Part shown: piece after piece, positions 36,214 to 44,499 of the stretch
Numbering within the stretch: position 1 is the first letter of the stretch
How the letters are laid out: the number at the start of each line of letters is the position of its first letter
NCBI GenBank assembly: GCA_964417895.1
Contig: CAYQJS010000014.1
Coordinates: forward strand, 15,076-79,075
DNA from: an uncultured Chloroflexota bacterium
Lineage (GTDB): Bacteria > Chloroflexota > UBA6077 > SHYK01
Reading direction: 5' to 3'
DNA length: 64,000 nucleotides
Made by a program: the position numbers and the translations under genes
Notes under the pieces: model-generated
The model's input: only the letters and a program-made list of their open reading frames with translations
Told to the model about the DNA's origin: nothing
Database searches by the model: none

Positions 36214-37109
36214 ACGGAACCCGGGCTCCACACGGGGACGACGCGGCGATGGGGAGACACGGCGACGCGGGGAAGGTGTTTCCGCGTCACGGCGTCCCCC
36301 CTCCCCATCCCAGCGTCCCCGCCTCTCCCCGTCCCAGCGTCCCCGCGTCTCCGCGTCTGACAGACCCGGAGTCCCCGCCGCCCACCTGGACCCTCCCGCA
36401 CGGCTGGCGCCTCCATTACCTCCCCATCACCGGAAGCACCAACGATGACGCCCGCGACCTGGTGCTAGCCGGATCCCCGGAGCGAACCATCGTGCTCGCC
36501 GACGAGCAGCGAGCCGGCCGCGGCCGGCTCGGGCGCCGCTGGCTTGCTCCGCCCAGGAGCAGCCTGCTGTTCTCGATCGTGCTGCGCCGATCTCTGGAGG
36601 CCATCCACTGCACAGCCGCGTGCTCCGTGGCAGTAGCCGAGGCGGTGGAGCAGGTCACGAGCCTCGAGCCCCGGATCAAGTGGCCCAACGACGTGATGGT
36701 GCGCGACCTGAAAGTGTGTGGAGTGCTGACGGAGGTCCTGACGCACGGCGGTCGCCACGCGACAATCGTGGGCGTGGGGCTCAACGTGAACCTGGATCCC
36801 GAGGAGGCCGGGTTGCCACCAACCGCGACGTCACTCGCGCACGAGTGCGGCACGGTGCTGTCGCGAGCAGACGTGCTCCGTGCGATTCTGGAGCGGCTCG
36901 ACGCGTATCTTGCCCTCGATGATGCAGCGCTTGGCCCCACCGTTCAGGCCCGGTGGGAGTCGCTCCTCTGGCGCCGCTGGCAGGAGGTGCGGATCGACCA
37001 GATTGGCGCCTTGCTCAGCGGTGTCGTCGAAGGGCTGGCGCCGTCGGGCGCGCTCCGCATACGCACCGCCGCCGGCGTGGTGGAGGTGGCAGTCGGCGAC
37101 GTGAGCTGA
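36210..37109 (+). CDS. birA: Biotin--[acetyl-CoA-carboxylase] ligase (BirA, no HTH domain)
   Basis: It has 'TGSTNDDAR', 'ADEQRAGRGRLGRRW' (GRGRxGRxW) and 'KWPNDV'. The catalytic domain begins near 36390. The first ~60 codons are repeat sequence, so the real start is probably internal and non-ATG. Confidence 0.75.
   Translation: MNGTRAPHGDDAAMGRHGDAGKVFPRHGVPPPHPSVPASPRPSVPASPRLTDPESPPPTWTLPHGWRLHYLPITGSTNDDARDLVLAGSPERTIVLADEQRAGRGRLGRRWLAPPRSSLLFSIVLRRSLEAIHCTAACSVAVAEAVEQVTSLEPRIKWPNDVMVRDLKVCGVLTEVLTHGGRHATIVGVGLNVNLDPEEAGLPPTATSLAHECGTVLSRADVLRAILERLDAYLALDDAALGPTVQARWESLLWRRWQEVRIDQIGALLSGVVEGLAPSGALRIRTAAGVVEVAVGDVS
36225..36365. repeat. GC-rich 'GGAGACRCGGCGACGCGGGG'-type repeat cluster
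   Basis: Forward and inverted copies of gacgcgg/ccgcgtc units give the pseudo-peptides 'PHPSVPASPRPSVPASPR' (+) and 'GDAGTGRGGDAGMGRGDA' (-). The cluster occupies the annotated 5' extension of birA. Confidence 0.5.
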
Positions 37110-37294
37110 GTGAGGATCGGTCATCCGTGCCTGTAGTTTCATCAGGCGAGGGCAATGGCGGCCGTGACGAAACTGGTGACAGCCGAGGAGTTCTCGAAGC
37201 CTCGTTCCCCGCTGGGATTCGTAGCTGCCCCCCCCCGCGCCTGCCCCTCGGGTAGACTCCTCACTAACGACCGCGGACCGCGTGGAGCGAATAC

Positions 37295-37564
37295 ATGGCT
37301 GCCTCGACCGCGCGAGTGCTGGAGTCTGGGGACCGGCTCTCTCGGACGGAGTTTCACCGCCGCTACTCTGACCGCCCGGACATCAAGAAAGCCGAGCTGG
37401 TCGAAGGAGTCGTCTACGTGGCGTCGCCCGTCAGAGTTGTGCATGCTGAGCCGCACGGGCGCATGGTTCTCTGGCTCGGCACGTATCAATCCAGGCACCC
37501 TGGTCCGAGGCTCGTTGATAACGCTACGGTTTGCATCTCTATTGTCTCAGGTTCTCGCGCTTGA
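37295..37564 (+). pseudogene. 5' fragment of a second Uma2-family endonuclease gene
   Basis: 'RLSRTEFHRRYSDRPDIKKAELVEGVVYVASPV..HAEPHGRMVLWLGTY' is a Uma2 N-terminus. The frame ends after 89 aa, where repeat R2 begins at 37544. Confidence 0.5.
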
Positions 37565-37614
37565 CCCCCGGGGGCAATCGAGCGAGAATCGCTTACGACG
37601 CGGTCGCGCGGGCG
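37544..37614 (-). repeat. Repeat R2 copy 1 (last codons of the arylsulfotransferase-like gene plus ~50 nt downstream)
   Basis: About 70 nt nearly identical to 41016-41086. It contains a TTCTCGC...GCGAGAA inverted repeat. Confidence 0.7.
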
Positions 37615-38845
37615 CGATCGATCTCCTGTGCGCGGTACCGGTATGCGCGGAATACTTGATTCACCTCGGCGCCCGCCAGCGTGTCGAAATAGGGGTTCAC
37701 GTACTCCCACACCAGGTCGCCATCGGCCGTCACCTCGAAGAAGCGGCCGAACCAGCCCTCATCGATCAGCGTATTGCCGTTCGGCAGGCGCTGCGCGCTC
37801 GATATGCGCGGGCTAAAGAAGTCGCTCACCCGCGCCTCCTGATACCTCCAGACAATCTCGCCGCTGGGAACGGCGACCTCGAGTACCCGCGAGTGGGGGA
37901 AGCTTGCTGCGCTCTCTGGATCGTGCTCGGGGTCGGGAAGCCGGTGTGGGCCGTTGTCGAAGATCAGCAGATTTCCGTTGGCAAGGGCCGAAGGGGTGTG
38001 CTGACCGCTAATCAGCGGAAGGCCCAGCTTCCATAGAATCTCGCCAGTTGGGCGGCTGAGCGTTACGACCTTGGAGATGTTGCGGAAGCTCATCGTGATA
38101 TCGCCGTTCGGCCATTCTGCTATGCCGTTGCACTGTGTCCACACAGCCCGCGAGTCCATCGGCCACGGAATGGCGTCCTCCACTGGATCGAGGTGTTCCC
38201 AAACCCGCCACTCCCAAACGACTTGCTCGTCGGTCGTCACCTCCTCAAGGTAGTCGCCGTCCATGCCCCATGGGCGCTCCGTGCCCGAGACTCCGCCCTG
38301 CACGCGCGCTGCCAGGTCGGCCGACAGCACGCCATAGCAGTCGAGGAGCACGTTGCCGTTCCGGAGACGGATGCCATCGTGATGGTGGTCTGGGTTGCGC
38401 AGCTCCCAGAGGACGTTGCCGTCCCAGTCGGCCTCCAAAGCCACCCCGGCCTGCAACACCCGGCCTGGGTAGGCTGGGTTCGGAATGGTTCCGTTGTAGA
38501 AAGCGTGCCGCGCTCGGTCAAGAAGCCGTATGCGCCTGGGTAAGGCATGTCCCAGGTGTGGACGACGGTGCCCTGCATGTCAACGAGGTAAACGGTCCGG
38601 CTCGCTGGGCCAAGCGGCTTGAACAGCGTGAAGCCATCGAAGGCGGCGCTCGGGTCGTATGCGCGTAGCCCGACGCCGCTGCGGCGGATGCGGACCTGAT
38701 CGATGGGCGCCGCCGGCTGCTGCTGCTGCGAGCCCGCCAGGGCGCTACGCGCGGGTGGCACCAAGGCCGTCGCCATTGCAGCCGCACCGGCTGCAAGTTG
38801 TCCAAAGGCTCGTTGGGACACCCTGGTGCTCCACAAATCAGACAC
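37593..38845 (-). pseudogene. Arylsulfotransferase (ASST)-like beta-propeller protein, frameshifted
   Basis: GTG at 38845 after AAGGAGG. The signal peptide and N-terminus ('...TWDMPYPGAYGFLTERGT') are in one frame. The continuation ('AFYNGTIPNPAYPGRVLQAGVALEADWDGNVLWEL...') is in another. The switch is near 38495-38505. Confidence 0.7.
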
Positions 38846-39176
38846 TACACCCTCCTTGTCAGAATTGTTTTGCGGAATCCCTTCCAGCAGGCTTGGTCTT
38901 AGGCCCGCGGCGGCGAACTTCAGCGCTACCACGCCCAGGTGGTCGCCCGGGAGGTTGCGGATAGCCAGGGTTAGCGCGGCGCGGTCGCATCCACCGAGCT
39001 ATGGGGGCCGTCACCTCAAACCGTCGAGCGGCTCATGCTCGGGCTCCGTGGCGTGGTCTGCGGCAAGACCAAGCATCCGCACGACATTCGGCCATGAAGC
39101 GGCTTCCCGTGCGCATGCATGGAAGGTTCGCCGGCTGCTGGGGCTTGATCCCCTGTCAGTCGGGCCACGTGCGTGC

Positions 39177-40718
39177 TCAGCGGGGCGCCGGTGGGATGAT
39201 CCACGACGGTGGCCCCATGTGGGCGATGCAGCCGGCGTCCGGCCGCCGCGTGGGATTGTTCAGGAACTGCAGCATGATCGCGTGGGCGCAAGGTGAGCCG
39301 CCGCCGACGTAGTGTCCCACGCCTGGGAACTCGAAGACGAAACTATTGCGCAGCGTCCGGCCGGCCATCCGCCCGAAGTCCGGCGGCGTAGTGGGGTCGT
39401 ATTGGCCGGCGAGGATCAACGTTGGGATCGTGCTGACAACCGGCGTCTTGATGCGGGGCGAGAGGTGGGCGGCGCCCCAAGCCGCGCAGGTGCGGAAGTA
39501 CGTCTCCTGTGTGAAGACATCGCCGATCTCTGGTCGCACGCGGCGTCGGGCCGCGGCCACCTGCACCGGATTGGTCAGGTTGGCCTCCTCGGCGCATTGC
39601 ACCGAGTAGTGCATGCCCAGGCTGTGGCCGTCGTCGAAGACGAGTCGGTCGGCGGCAAGGGTGAGCAGGGTTGTATCGCCCTGGCGAAGGCTTGCAGCGG
39701 CGAGTGGGAGGAACGGGATCAGGTCGGTATGGTAGAGGGCCTCGAAGAGGCTGTTCACGAGGCCATCGCCGGTTAAGACGACGGTGTGGACTGTGCCCGT
39801 GCGCGGGTGTTGGGCCTGATAGCGCAGCGGAGTGACGTTCAGCTCCGCGACGAGCTGATAGAAGGTGGCTTCCAGGTTGGGGTAGGCGGCGGCGCAGGCG
39901 CGGTCTGCAGCGCAGCCATTGAAGAGGAGGCGGAAGGCGCGTTCGATGTTGCCGAGGATCTCGACGAGGTGCGTGACCTGAGGCGGCATCGTTGAGTCGA
40001 GCACCGCGGCGCGCACGGTGTTGGGGTACATCTCCATGACCGTCAGCGCCAGGCGTGTACCGTAGGAGAGGCCCCATAGGTCGACGGTGGCGTAGCCAAG
40101 CGCGCGGCGGATGTCATCGACATCGGCGGCGCTGGCGGCGGTGGTGTACGCGGCGAGGTCGATGCCCGCACGCAGGAGGCGGTCTCGGCAGCGGAGCGAC
40201 GCCTGCACCGTGCCTTCGGTCTCCTCCGCCCGGCTGACGTGCAGCCCGAGTCGCTGGTACTTGAGATCGGTCAGCTCCTGGCATGCGAGGGACGGCTGCG
40301 AGAAGCCGAGGCCGCGCTGGTCGAACAGGATCAGGTCGTGACCGGCGGTGAGGTCGTGTGCCAGCGATCCGGTGATCACGGGCCCGAAGCGGTCCAGGAC
40401 AGTGGTGCCGGGGCCGCCACCGAGGAAGAGCAGCGGCGGCGCGCTGGCGGCATTCCGCGCCTTGAACACAGCGACCGCAAGGCGGATGGGCGGACCGGCA
40501 GGTCCGCCGCGCTCCTCCGGAACCATGACGAAGCCGCAGCTAACCGTTCCACCTTCGATCTGGCCCGCACCGAGCGGAAACGGGCAGGGCGCGGGCTGGA
40601 AGCGGGAGGCGCGTTGGAGGGAAGCCGGCGACGGGGACTGGGCATAGGTGTCCCGCGGCCGGCCCGACAGCGTGGTGCCGATGACGAGGACGGCGAGAAT
40701 CAGGAGTCGCGCGTTCAT
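39177..40718 (-). CDS. Secreted alpha/beta hydrolase, tripeptidyl-aminopeptidase (TAP)-like
   Basis: ATG at 40718 after AGGAGG, with a signal peptide. It has 'DLWGLSYGTRL' (GxSxG) and the C-terminal TAP-like block 'PTLILAGQYDPTTPP'. The longer 40970 ORF runs through the promoter module and the ACAD remnant. Confidence 0.8.
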   Translation of the reverse strand: MNARLLILAVLVIGTTLSGRPRDTYAQSPSPASLQRASRFQPAPCPFPLGAGQIEGGTVSCGFVMVPEERGGPAGPPIRLAVAVFKARNAASAPPLLFLGGGPGTTVLDRFGPVITGSLAHDLTAGHDLILFDQRGLGFSQPSLACQELTDLKYQRLGLHVSRAEETEGTVQASLRCRDRLLRAGIDLAAYTTAASAADVDDIRRALGYATVDLWGLSYGTRLALTVMEMYPNTVRAAVLDSTMPPQVTHLVEILGNIERAFRLLFNGCAADRACAAAYPNLEATFYQLVAELNVTPLRYQAQHPRTGTVHTVVLTGDGLVNSLFEALYHTDLIPFLPLAAASLRQGDTTLLTLAADRLVFDDGHSLGMHYSVQCAEEANLTNPVQVAAARRRVRPEIGDVFTQETYFRTCAAWGAAHLSPRIKTPVVSTIPTLILAGQYDPTTPPDFGRMAGRTLRNSFVFEFPGVGHYVGGGSPCAHAIMLQFLNNPTRRPDAGCIAHMGPPSWIIPPAPR

Positions 40719-40793
40719 GACGTGTACCTCCTGTTGGCGACTATGGGAGCCTGTATCGACCATCCGCCGTGGTGGCCGACGGCCTTCTTGGAC

Positions 40794-40835
40794 AGCGTAG
40801 TCAGACGCTGGACGCCTGTCATGGGGCAATTGCCG
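40794..40835 (-). promoter_or_regulatory. Operator-promoter module M1 (upstream of the TAP-like hydrolase)
   Basis: Minus strand: cGGCAATTGCCC-c-ATGACA-17 nt-TACGCT. Confidence 0.55.
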
Positions 40836-40845
40836 GATAGGGGTC

Positions 40846-40932
40846 GCGCTGCGCATTCCCTGGCGGCGGGGTCTCCCAGGTGGCTGCAGCAGGTTGTCGA
40901 AGGCGAGCCCCCACGGCGGCCGCAAGAAACGG
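40846..40932 (-). pseudogene. 3'-terminal remnant of an acyl-CoA dehydrogenase paralog
   Basis: It reads 'RFLRPPWGLAFDNL', compared with 'GFLRPPWGLAFDNL' at the C-terminus of the intact gene 50678-51865. The DNA is colinear with 50678-50772. Confidence 0.6.
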
Positions 40933-41015
40933 AGGGCCGGAGACCGGGCCTTTGCCGCGCCGTCGCACACTCCTCTCGGATCACTGTCCGGGATGTGAGC
41001 CCTCCCTCGACCACC

Positions 41016-41086
41016 GTCTCAGGTTCTCGCCCTTGGCCCGTAGGGGCAATCGAGCGAGAATCCTTTACGACGCGGTCGCGCGGGCG
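41016..41086 (-). repeat. Repeat R2 copy 2 (orphan ASST-like 3' end '...ARATAS*' plus downstream sequence)
   Basis: Nearly identical to 37544-37614 but with no gene body attached. Confidence 0.7.
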
Positions 41087-41175
41087 TGCTCGGGCGATGG
41101 GGAAGCAGCTGGGGCAGCCCGGACTGCCAATCGAGCTGCGCCAGGCCGGAGGTTAAGCCTGCTGGGCAGCGGCTG

Positions 41176-41195
41176 TCATCGGGCATTTGCCCGAT
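41176..41195. promoter_or_regulatory. Operator palindrome M2 (20 bp: CATCGGGCA-TT-TGCCCGATG)
   Basis: Perfect 9-bp arms. It lies just downstream of the Ldh_2 pseudogene. ATGACA follows on the minus strand but I see no convincing -10. Confidence 0.45.
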
Positions 41196-41211
41196 GATGA
41201 CCTGAGTGGGC

Positions 41212-42284
41212 TCACGCGTCGTCCGTCGGCGGTAACGCCACGTCGATCGAAGCGCACGTACGTGCGAGAGCCTCCCAGGTCCGAGCCGATATCGGCACCA
41301 TGCCGGCGCTCGTGAGCGCCCGGAATCGGCGCTCGCCGCGCTCGCCAGGCAGCAACAGCTCGTCCACACCCTCCATGCGCTCCCCGCCCTTGATCTGCTC
41401 GACGAGCGTGTCTACTCGCGCCAGGAACTCCGAGGTGGGCGTGAACGCCTCCGGGTCGATCGCCCAGATAGTGCAACCGAAGGCGCCGGGTCCTTCGAGG
41501 ATCTCGCGCCCGACGGCAGCGCCGGCCAGAGCGCCCGCCAGGACCTCGACCATCAACGCCAGGCCGAACCCTTTGTGGGCGGCGTTGGGGTACCCGAGAG
41601 GCGCCATGAGTCCACCTCGGGCTCGCGCGGTGGGATCGGTCGTCGCATGGCCGCGGTGGTCAAGGAGCACTCCCTCTGGTAACTGGCGGCCGCTCTCGGC
41701 CGCCAGCTGCACAGCGAAGCCGGCAGTAGTGGTCGTGGCCGCCTCGAAAACGACTGTGCCATGGTGTCCCGAGGGCACGGCGTAGGCGAACGGATTCGTG
41801 CCCACGGTCGGCGTTCGGCCGCCCGGTGGCGCAACGGACGGCACCGCGTTGAGGCACGCGAAGCCGACCAGGCCGGCTTCGGCCAACCATCCGCGCGTAG
41901 AACCCGGGAGCGACTGGCTGGCAGCTGCGGATGCCCGCGACGGCCATGCCTCCCGCGTGCACTTTCGAGACACCAGCGCGTCGCCTCCACCACCGGCACC
42001 ACGAGGCCGCGGTCGCCGTCCAGGAGGAGCGCCGAATCCGTCTCGCGCAGCGCGGTGATGTTTGGTCGCCCATTCAGGGCGCCGCGCCGCACCTCGTCGG
42101 TGAGGAACTGGACCAGGTAGACCCCATGGCTCTCGTGCCCCCGTAGCTCCGAGTCGAGCAAGACGTCAGCGACCTGCTCGGCGTCCTCCACGGTGAGGCC
42201 GACTCGCTCGAAGGCCGCGGCGACGCACCCTCGCAGATCGCCGATCCGTACTAGCCGTGCCTTGTCCGCTACGTGCTCTGCCAC
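41212..42284 (-). pseudogene. Ldh_2-family (malate/L-lactate/ureidoglycolate) dehydrogenase with at least two frameshifts
   Basis: The N-terminus ('MAEHVADKARLV...LLLDGDRGLVVPVVEATR'), the middle ('VSKVHAGGMAVAGIRSCQPVAPGFYARM') and the C-terminus ('AEAGLVGFACLNAVPSVAPPGGRTPTVGTNPFAYAVP...') lie in three different frames. The switches are near 41975-41990 and 41880-41890. Confidence 0.7.
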
Positions 42285-42362
42285 ACGTCGGCCTCAGTTC
42301 TGCCTGAGCGGGCGGTGTCTTGCCGCTTCACGCGCCATACTATCGAACGCCGGCAGACTGCC

Positions 42363-42388
42363 CAACATCGGGCATTTGCCCGATGTTG
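42363..42388. promoter_or_regulatory. Operator palindrome M3 (26 bp perfect: CAACATCGGGCA-TT-TGCCCGATGTTG) in a divergent promoter region
   Basis: It lies between the Ldh_2 pseudogene (-) and dinB-family gene (+). On the + strand TTGCAC-17 nt-TAATGC follows; on the - strand TTGGGC-17 nt-TAGTAT follows. Confidence 0.5.
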
Positions 42389-42426
42389 CACATCCCTTGC
42401 GCCGCGGATAATGCGGCAGCAGGGAG

Positions 42427-42936
42427 GTGAACGCCATGCCTCATCCACTCGTGGACCAGCTTCGCTACACGCGGGAGCAATGGGCGCTGGGCCTCGAAGG
42501 CCTGTCAGAAGAAGATGCGACGCATCACTGCGGGCAGATGAACTGCATCAGCTGGATCATTGGCCATGCTGCTGCACAGGAACACCGCTTCTGGTTCGAG
42601 TACCAGGGGCAGCAAGGACCGTTTCCAGAGCCCGAGCAGTACGCAACGGGCGCGCCGATGAGCACGCCGTCCCTCCAGGAGACGCTGGATCTGTGGCGAA
42701 GGACGGTGAAGGCGGTCGATCCGGTCCTCGACACACTGACGACCGAGCTGCTGCAACACGAGGTGAAGAACCGCCAGGGCGCCACGCGGCTCATCGGGTC
42801 GATGGTCCGCCGCGTGACGTACCACTACTGGTACCACACGGGAGAGATCCAGAGCATCCGGCAGATGCTGGGGCACAAGGACCTTCCCGCGTTCATCGGG
42901 CCAATCGACTCCATGGCGCCGTATCGTCCGGAATGA
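42427..42936 (+). CDS. DinB-family (DinB_2) metal-dependent protein
   Basis: 169 aa, RBS GGGAGG. It has 'SWIIGHAA' and 'HYWYHTGEIQSIRQMLGH', the conserved His pattern. Confidence 0.8.
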   Translation: MNAMPHPLVDQLRYTREQWALGLEGLSEEDATHHCGQMNCISWIIGHAAAQEHRFWFEYQGQQGPFPEPEQYATGAPMSTPSLQETLDLWRRTVKAVDPVLDTLTTELLQHEVKNRQGATRLIGSMVRRVTYHYWYHTGEIQSIRQMLGHKDLPAFIGPIDSMAPYRPE

Positions 42937-42983
42937 GAGATCGGGGGATGGGGAGGCCGAAGCCAGTGAAGGAGGAGCGCACC

Positions 42984-43745
42984 ATGTTCAAGATCTGGCA
43001 CATGGCGCTAGGCATGGCGGTGCTTGCGAGCGTGGGGCTGGTGGCGGCCGGTGCAACCATGGCAGCGCAAGGCACGCACTGCGCAGACCTACCCGGAGCG
43101 TCGCAGCTGCGCGGCCTATTGCGGAATGCTGCCTCGGGGACGGGGATCAGTCCAGCGCTCGGCGCTGGCACTGACGCAGGAGGCATCTTTGGCGGCGCGC
43201 GCATGTGGGGCGCCATCGTCAATCGGCAGGGCGAGCTATGCGCATTCGTCACTTCGACCGATGACCCTACGCAAGTGCTACCCGTTGCCCAGGCGATCTC
43301 GAAGGCCAAGGCCTACACGGCGAATGGCGTGAGCCTCGACGATTTCGTCCTGCCGACGGCGCGGCTCTACACGATCACACAGCCGGGCCACTCGCTCTAT
43401 GGGCTCAACCACTCGAACCCGTTCAACCCCGAGATGCTCGCGGCGCCGAGCCAGCCCGGAACCGGGGCGAACCGCATCGCAGGGGGCATCATCACCTTCG
43501 GGGGCGGGGTGCCCATCTACCGCGATGGCAAGATCGTCGGGGGGCTGGGGATCAGCGGGGATACCGCGTGTGCCGACCACGAGGTGGCGAAGCGGGCGCG
43601 CGACCTGGCGGGGCTCAACCCCGCGGGCGGGCCGCTTATCGATGACATCATCTACGCGGCAGTGGATGGACCAAGTCTGTTCGCCCACCCGCTGTGCCCC
43701 GCCACCAGGCGCAATGGAGTGGCACTCGGCGACGAGAGCCCATGA
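42984..43745 (+). CDS. Secreted GlcG/HbpS-like (DUF336) heme-binding protein
   Basis: ATG at 42984 after AAGGAGG, with a signal peptide. It has 'GGVPIYRDGKIVGGLGISGDTACADHEVA'. The 42273 ORF extension overlaps dinB and is not credible. Confidence 0.75.
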   Translation: MFKIWHMALGMAVLASVGLVAAGATMAAQGTHCADLPGASQLRGLLRNAASGTGISPALGAGTDAGGIFGGARMWGAIVNRQGELCAFVTSTDDPTQVLPVAQAISKAKAYTANGVSLDDFVLPTARLYTITQPGHSLYGLNHSNPFNPEMLAAPSQPGTGANRIAGGIITFGGGVPIYRDGKIVGGLGISGDTACADHEVAKRARDLAGLNPAGGPLIDDIIYAAVDGPSLFAHPLCPATRRNGVALGDESP

Positions 43746-43796
43746 ACCCAGGGAGGATTAATTCGGCGCACAGCTTACCGAAGGAGGACCAGCATC

Positions 43797-44138
43797 ATGG
43801 AGTATGCGCTGTTCGCGCTTCCGATTCAGCCTGGGAAGACTGCTGCCGCCCGCGGCTTTCTGCAGGAGTTGGAAAGCGAGCGCAAGGGACAATACGCGGA
43901 GTCGGAGCGGCGGCTAGGGGTCACCAAAGAGGTCTGGGCGGTCCAGCAGACAGCGGGGGGTGACCTCTTTGCGATCTTCTTCCAGAGCGAGGATATCGGC
44001 GGAGCGCTTGGGAAGTTCGTAGGGTCTCAGGACACGTTCGACCAGTGGTTCAAGGGTCGGGTCAAGGATGCCACAGGAGTTGATCTGAACATGCCTCCAG
44101 GCCCGCTCAGCGACATCCTCTCGGTGTACGAAGCATAG
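43797..44138 (+). CDS. Hypothetical small protein
   Basis: 113 aa, RBS AAGGAGG, good codon bias. I cannot assign a family. Confidence 0.55.
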   Translation: MEYALFALPIQPGKTAAARGFLQELESERKGQYAESERRLGVTKEVWAVQQTAGGDLFAIFFQSEDIGGALGKFVGSQDTFDQWFKGRVKDATGVDLNMPPGPLSDILSVYEA

Positions 44139-44302
44139 CCCACGCCTCCCGTCGCGACCTTGACCAGTTCGCCACCGGGTTTCCGCCTACGCAGCGGGCC
44201 TGACGGCGCCAGGCCTCGACGACGCCCGTGACAGAGACGCCACGCTGGTCCACGCGCACTTCCTGCTGGCGGCACTAGAGGGTCACTTCGCATGAACATG
44301 GA

Positions 44303-44428
44303 CGTTACCCCCCTCCCTAACCCTCCCCCTCACTCAAGGGGGGAGGGAGCCATTCCTCTTCCCCCTCGCCCTCGACGGGGGGGTGGTGGGGGTGACCGTG
44401 ATTCCATTCATAGGAACTGGCCCACTAG
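44303..44428. repeat. G/C-rich double-hairpin intergenic element, copy 2 (plus a partial third unit at 44455-44500)
   Basis: Colinear with 26291-26408, including the tail 'ggtgaccgtgattccattcataggaactggcccacta'. Confidence 0.7.
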
Positions 44429-44499
44429 AGGAGCGATTCCGGAATGAGATGATCGGGGGCCTACCCCCTCCCCAACCCTCGCCCGCAGGGGGCAACCTG

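Noticed and set aside
42273-42983. N-terminal 237-aa extension of the 490-aa ORF 42273-43745.
   Set aside because: It overlaps the well-supported DinB gene in another frame and is Arg/Pro-rich. A strong RBS with an ATG and a signal peptide at 42984 defines the real GlcG-like gene.
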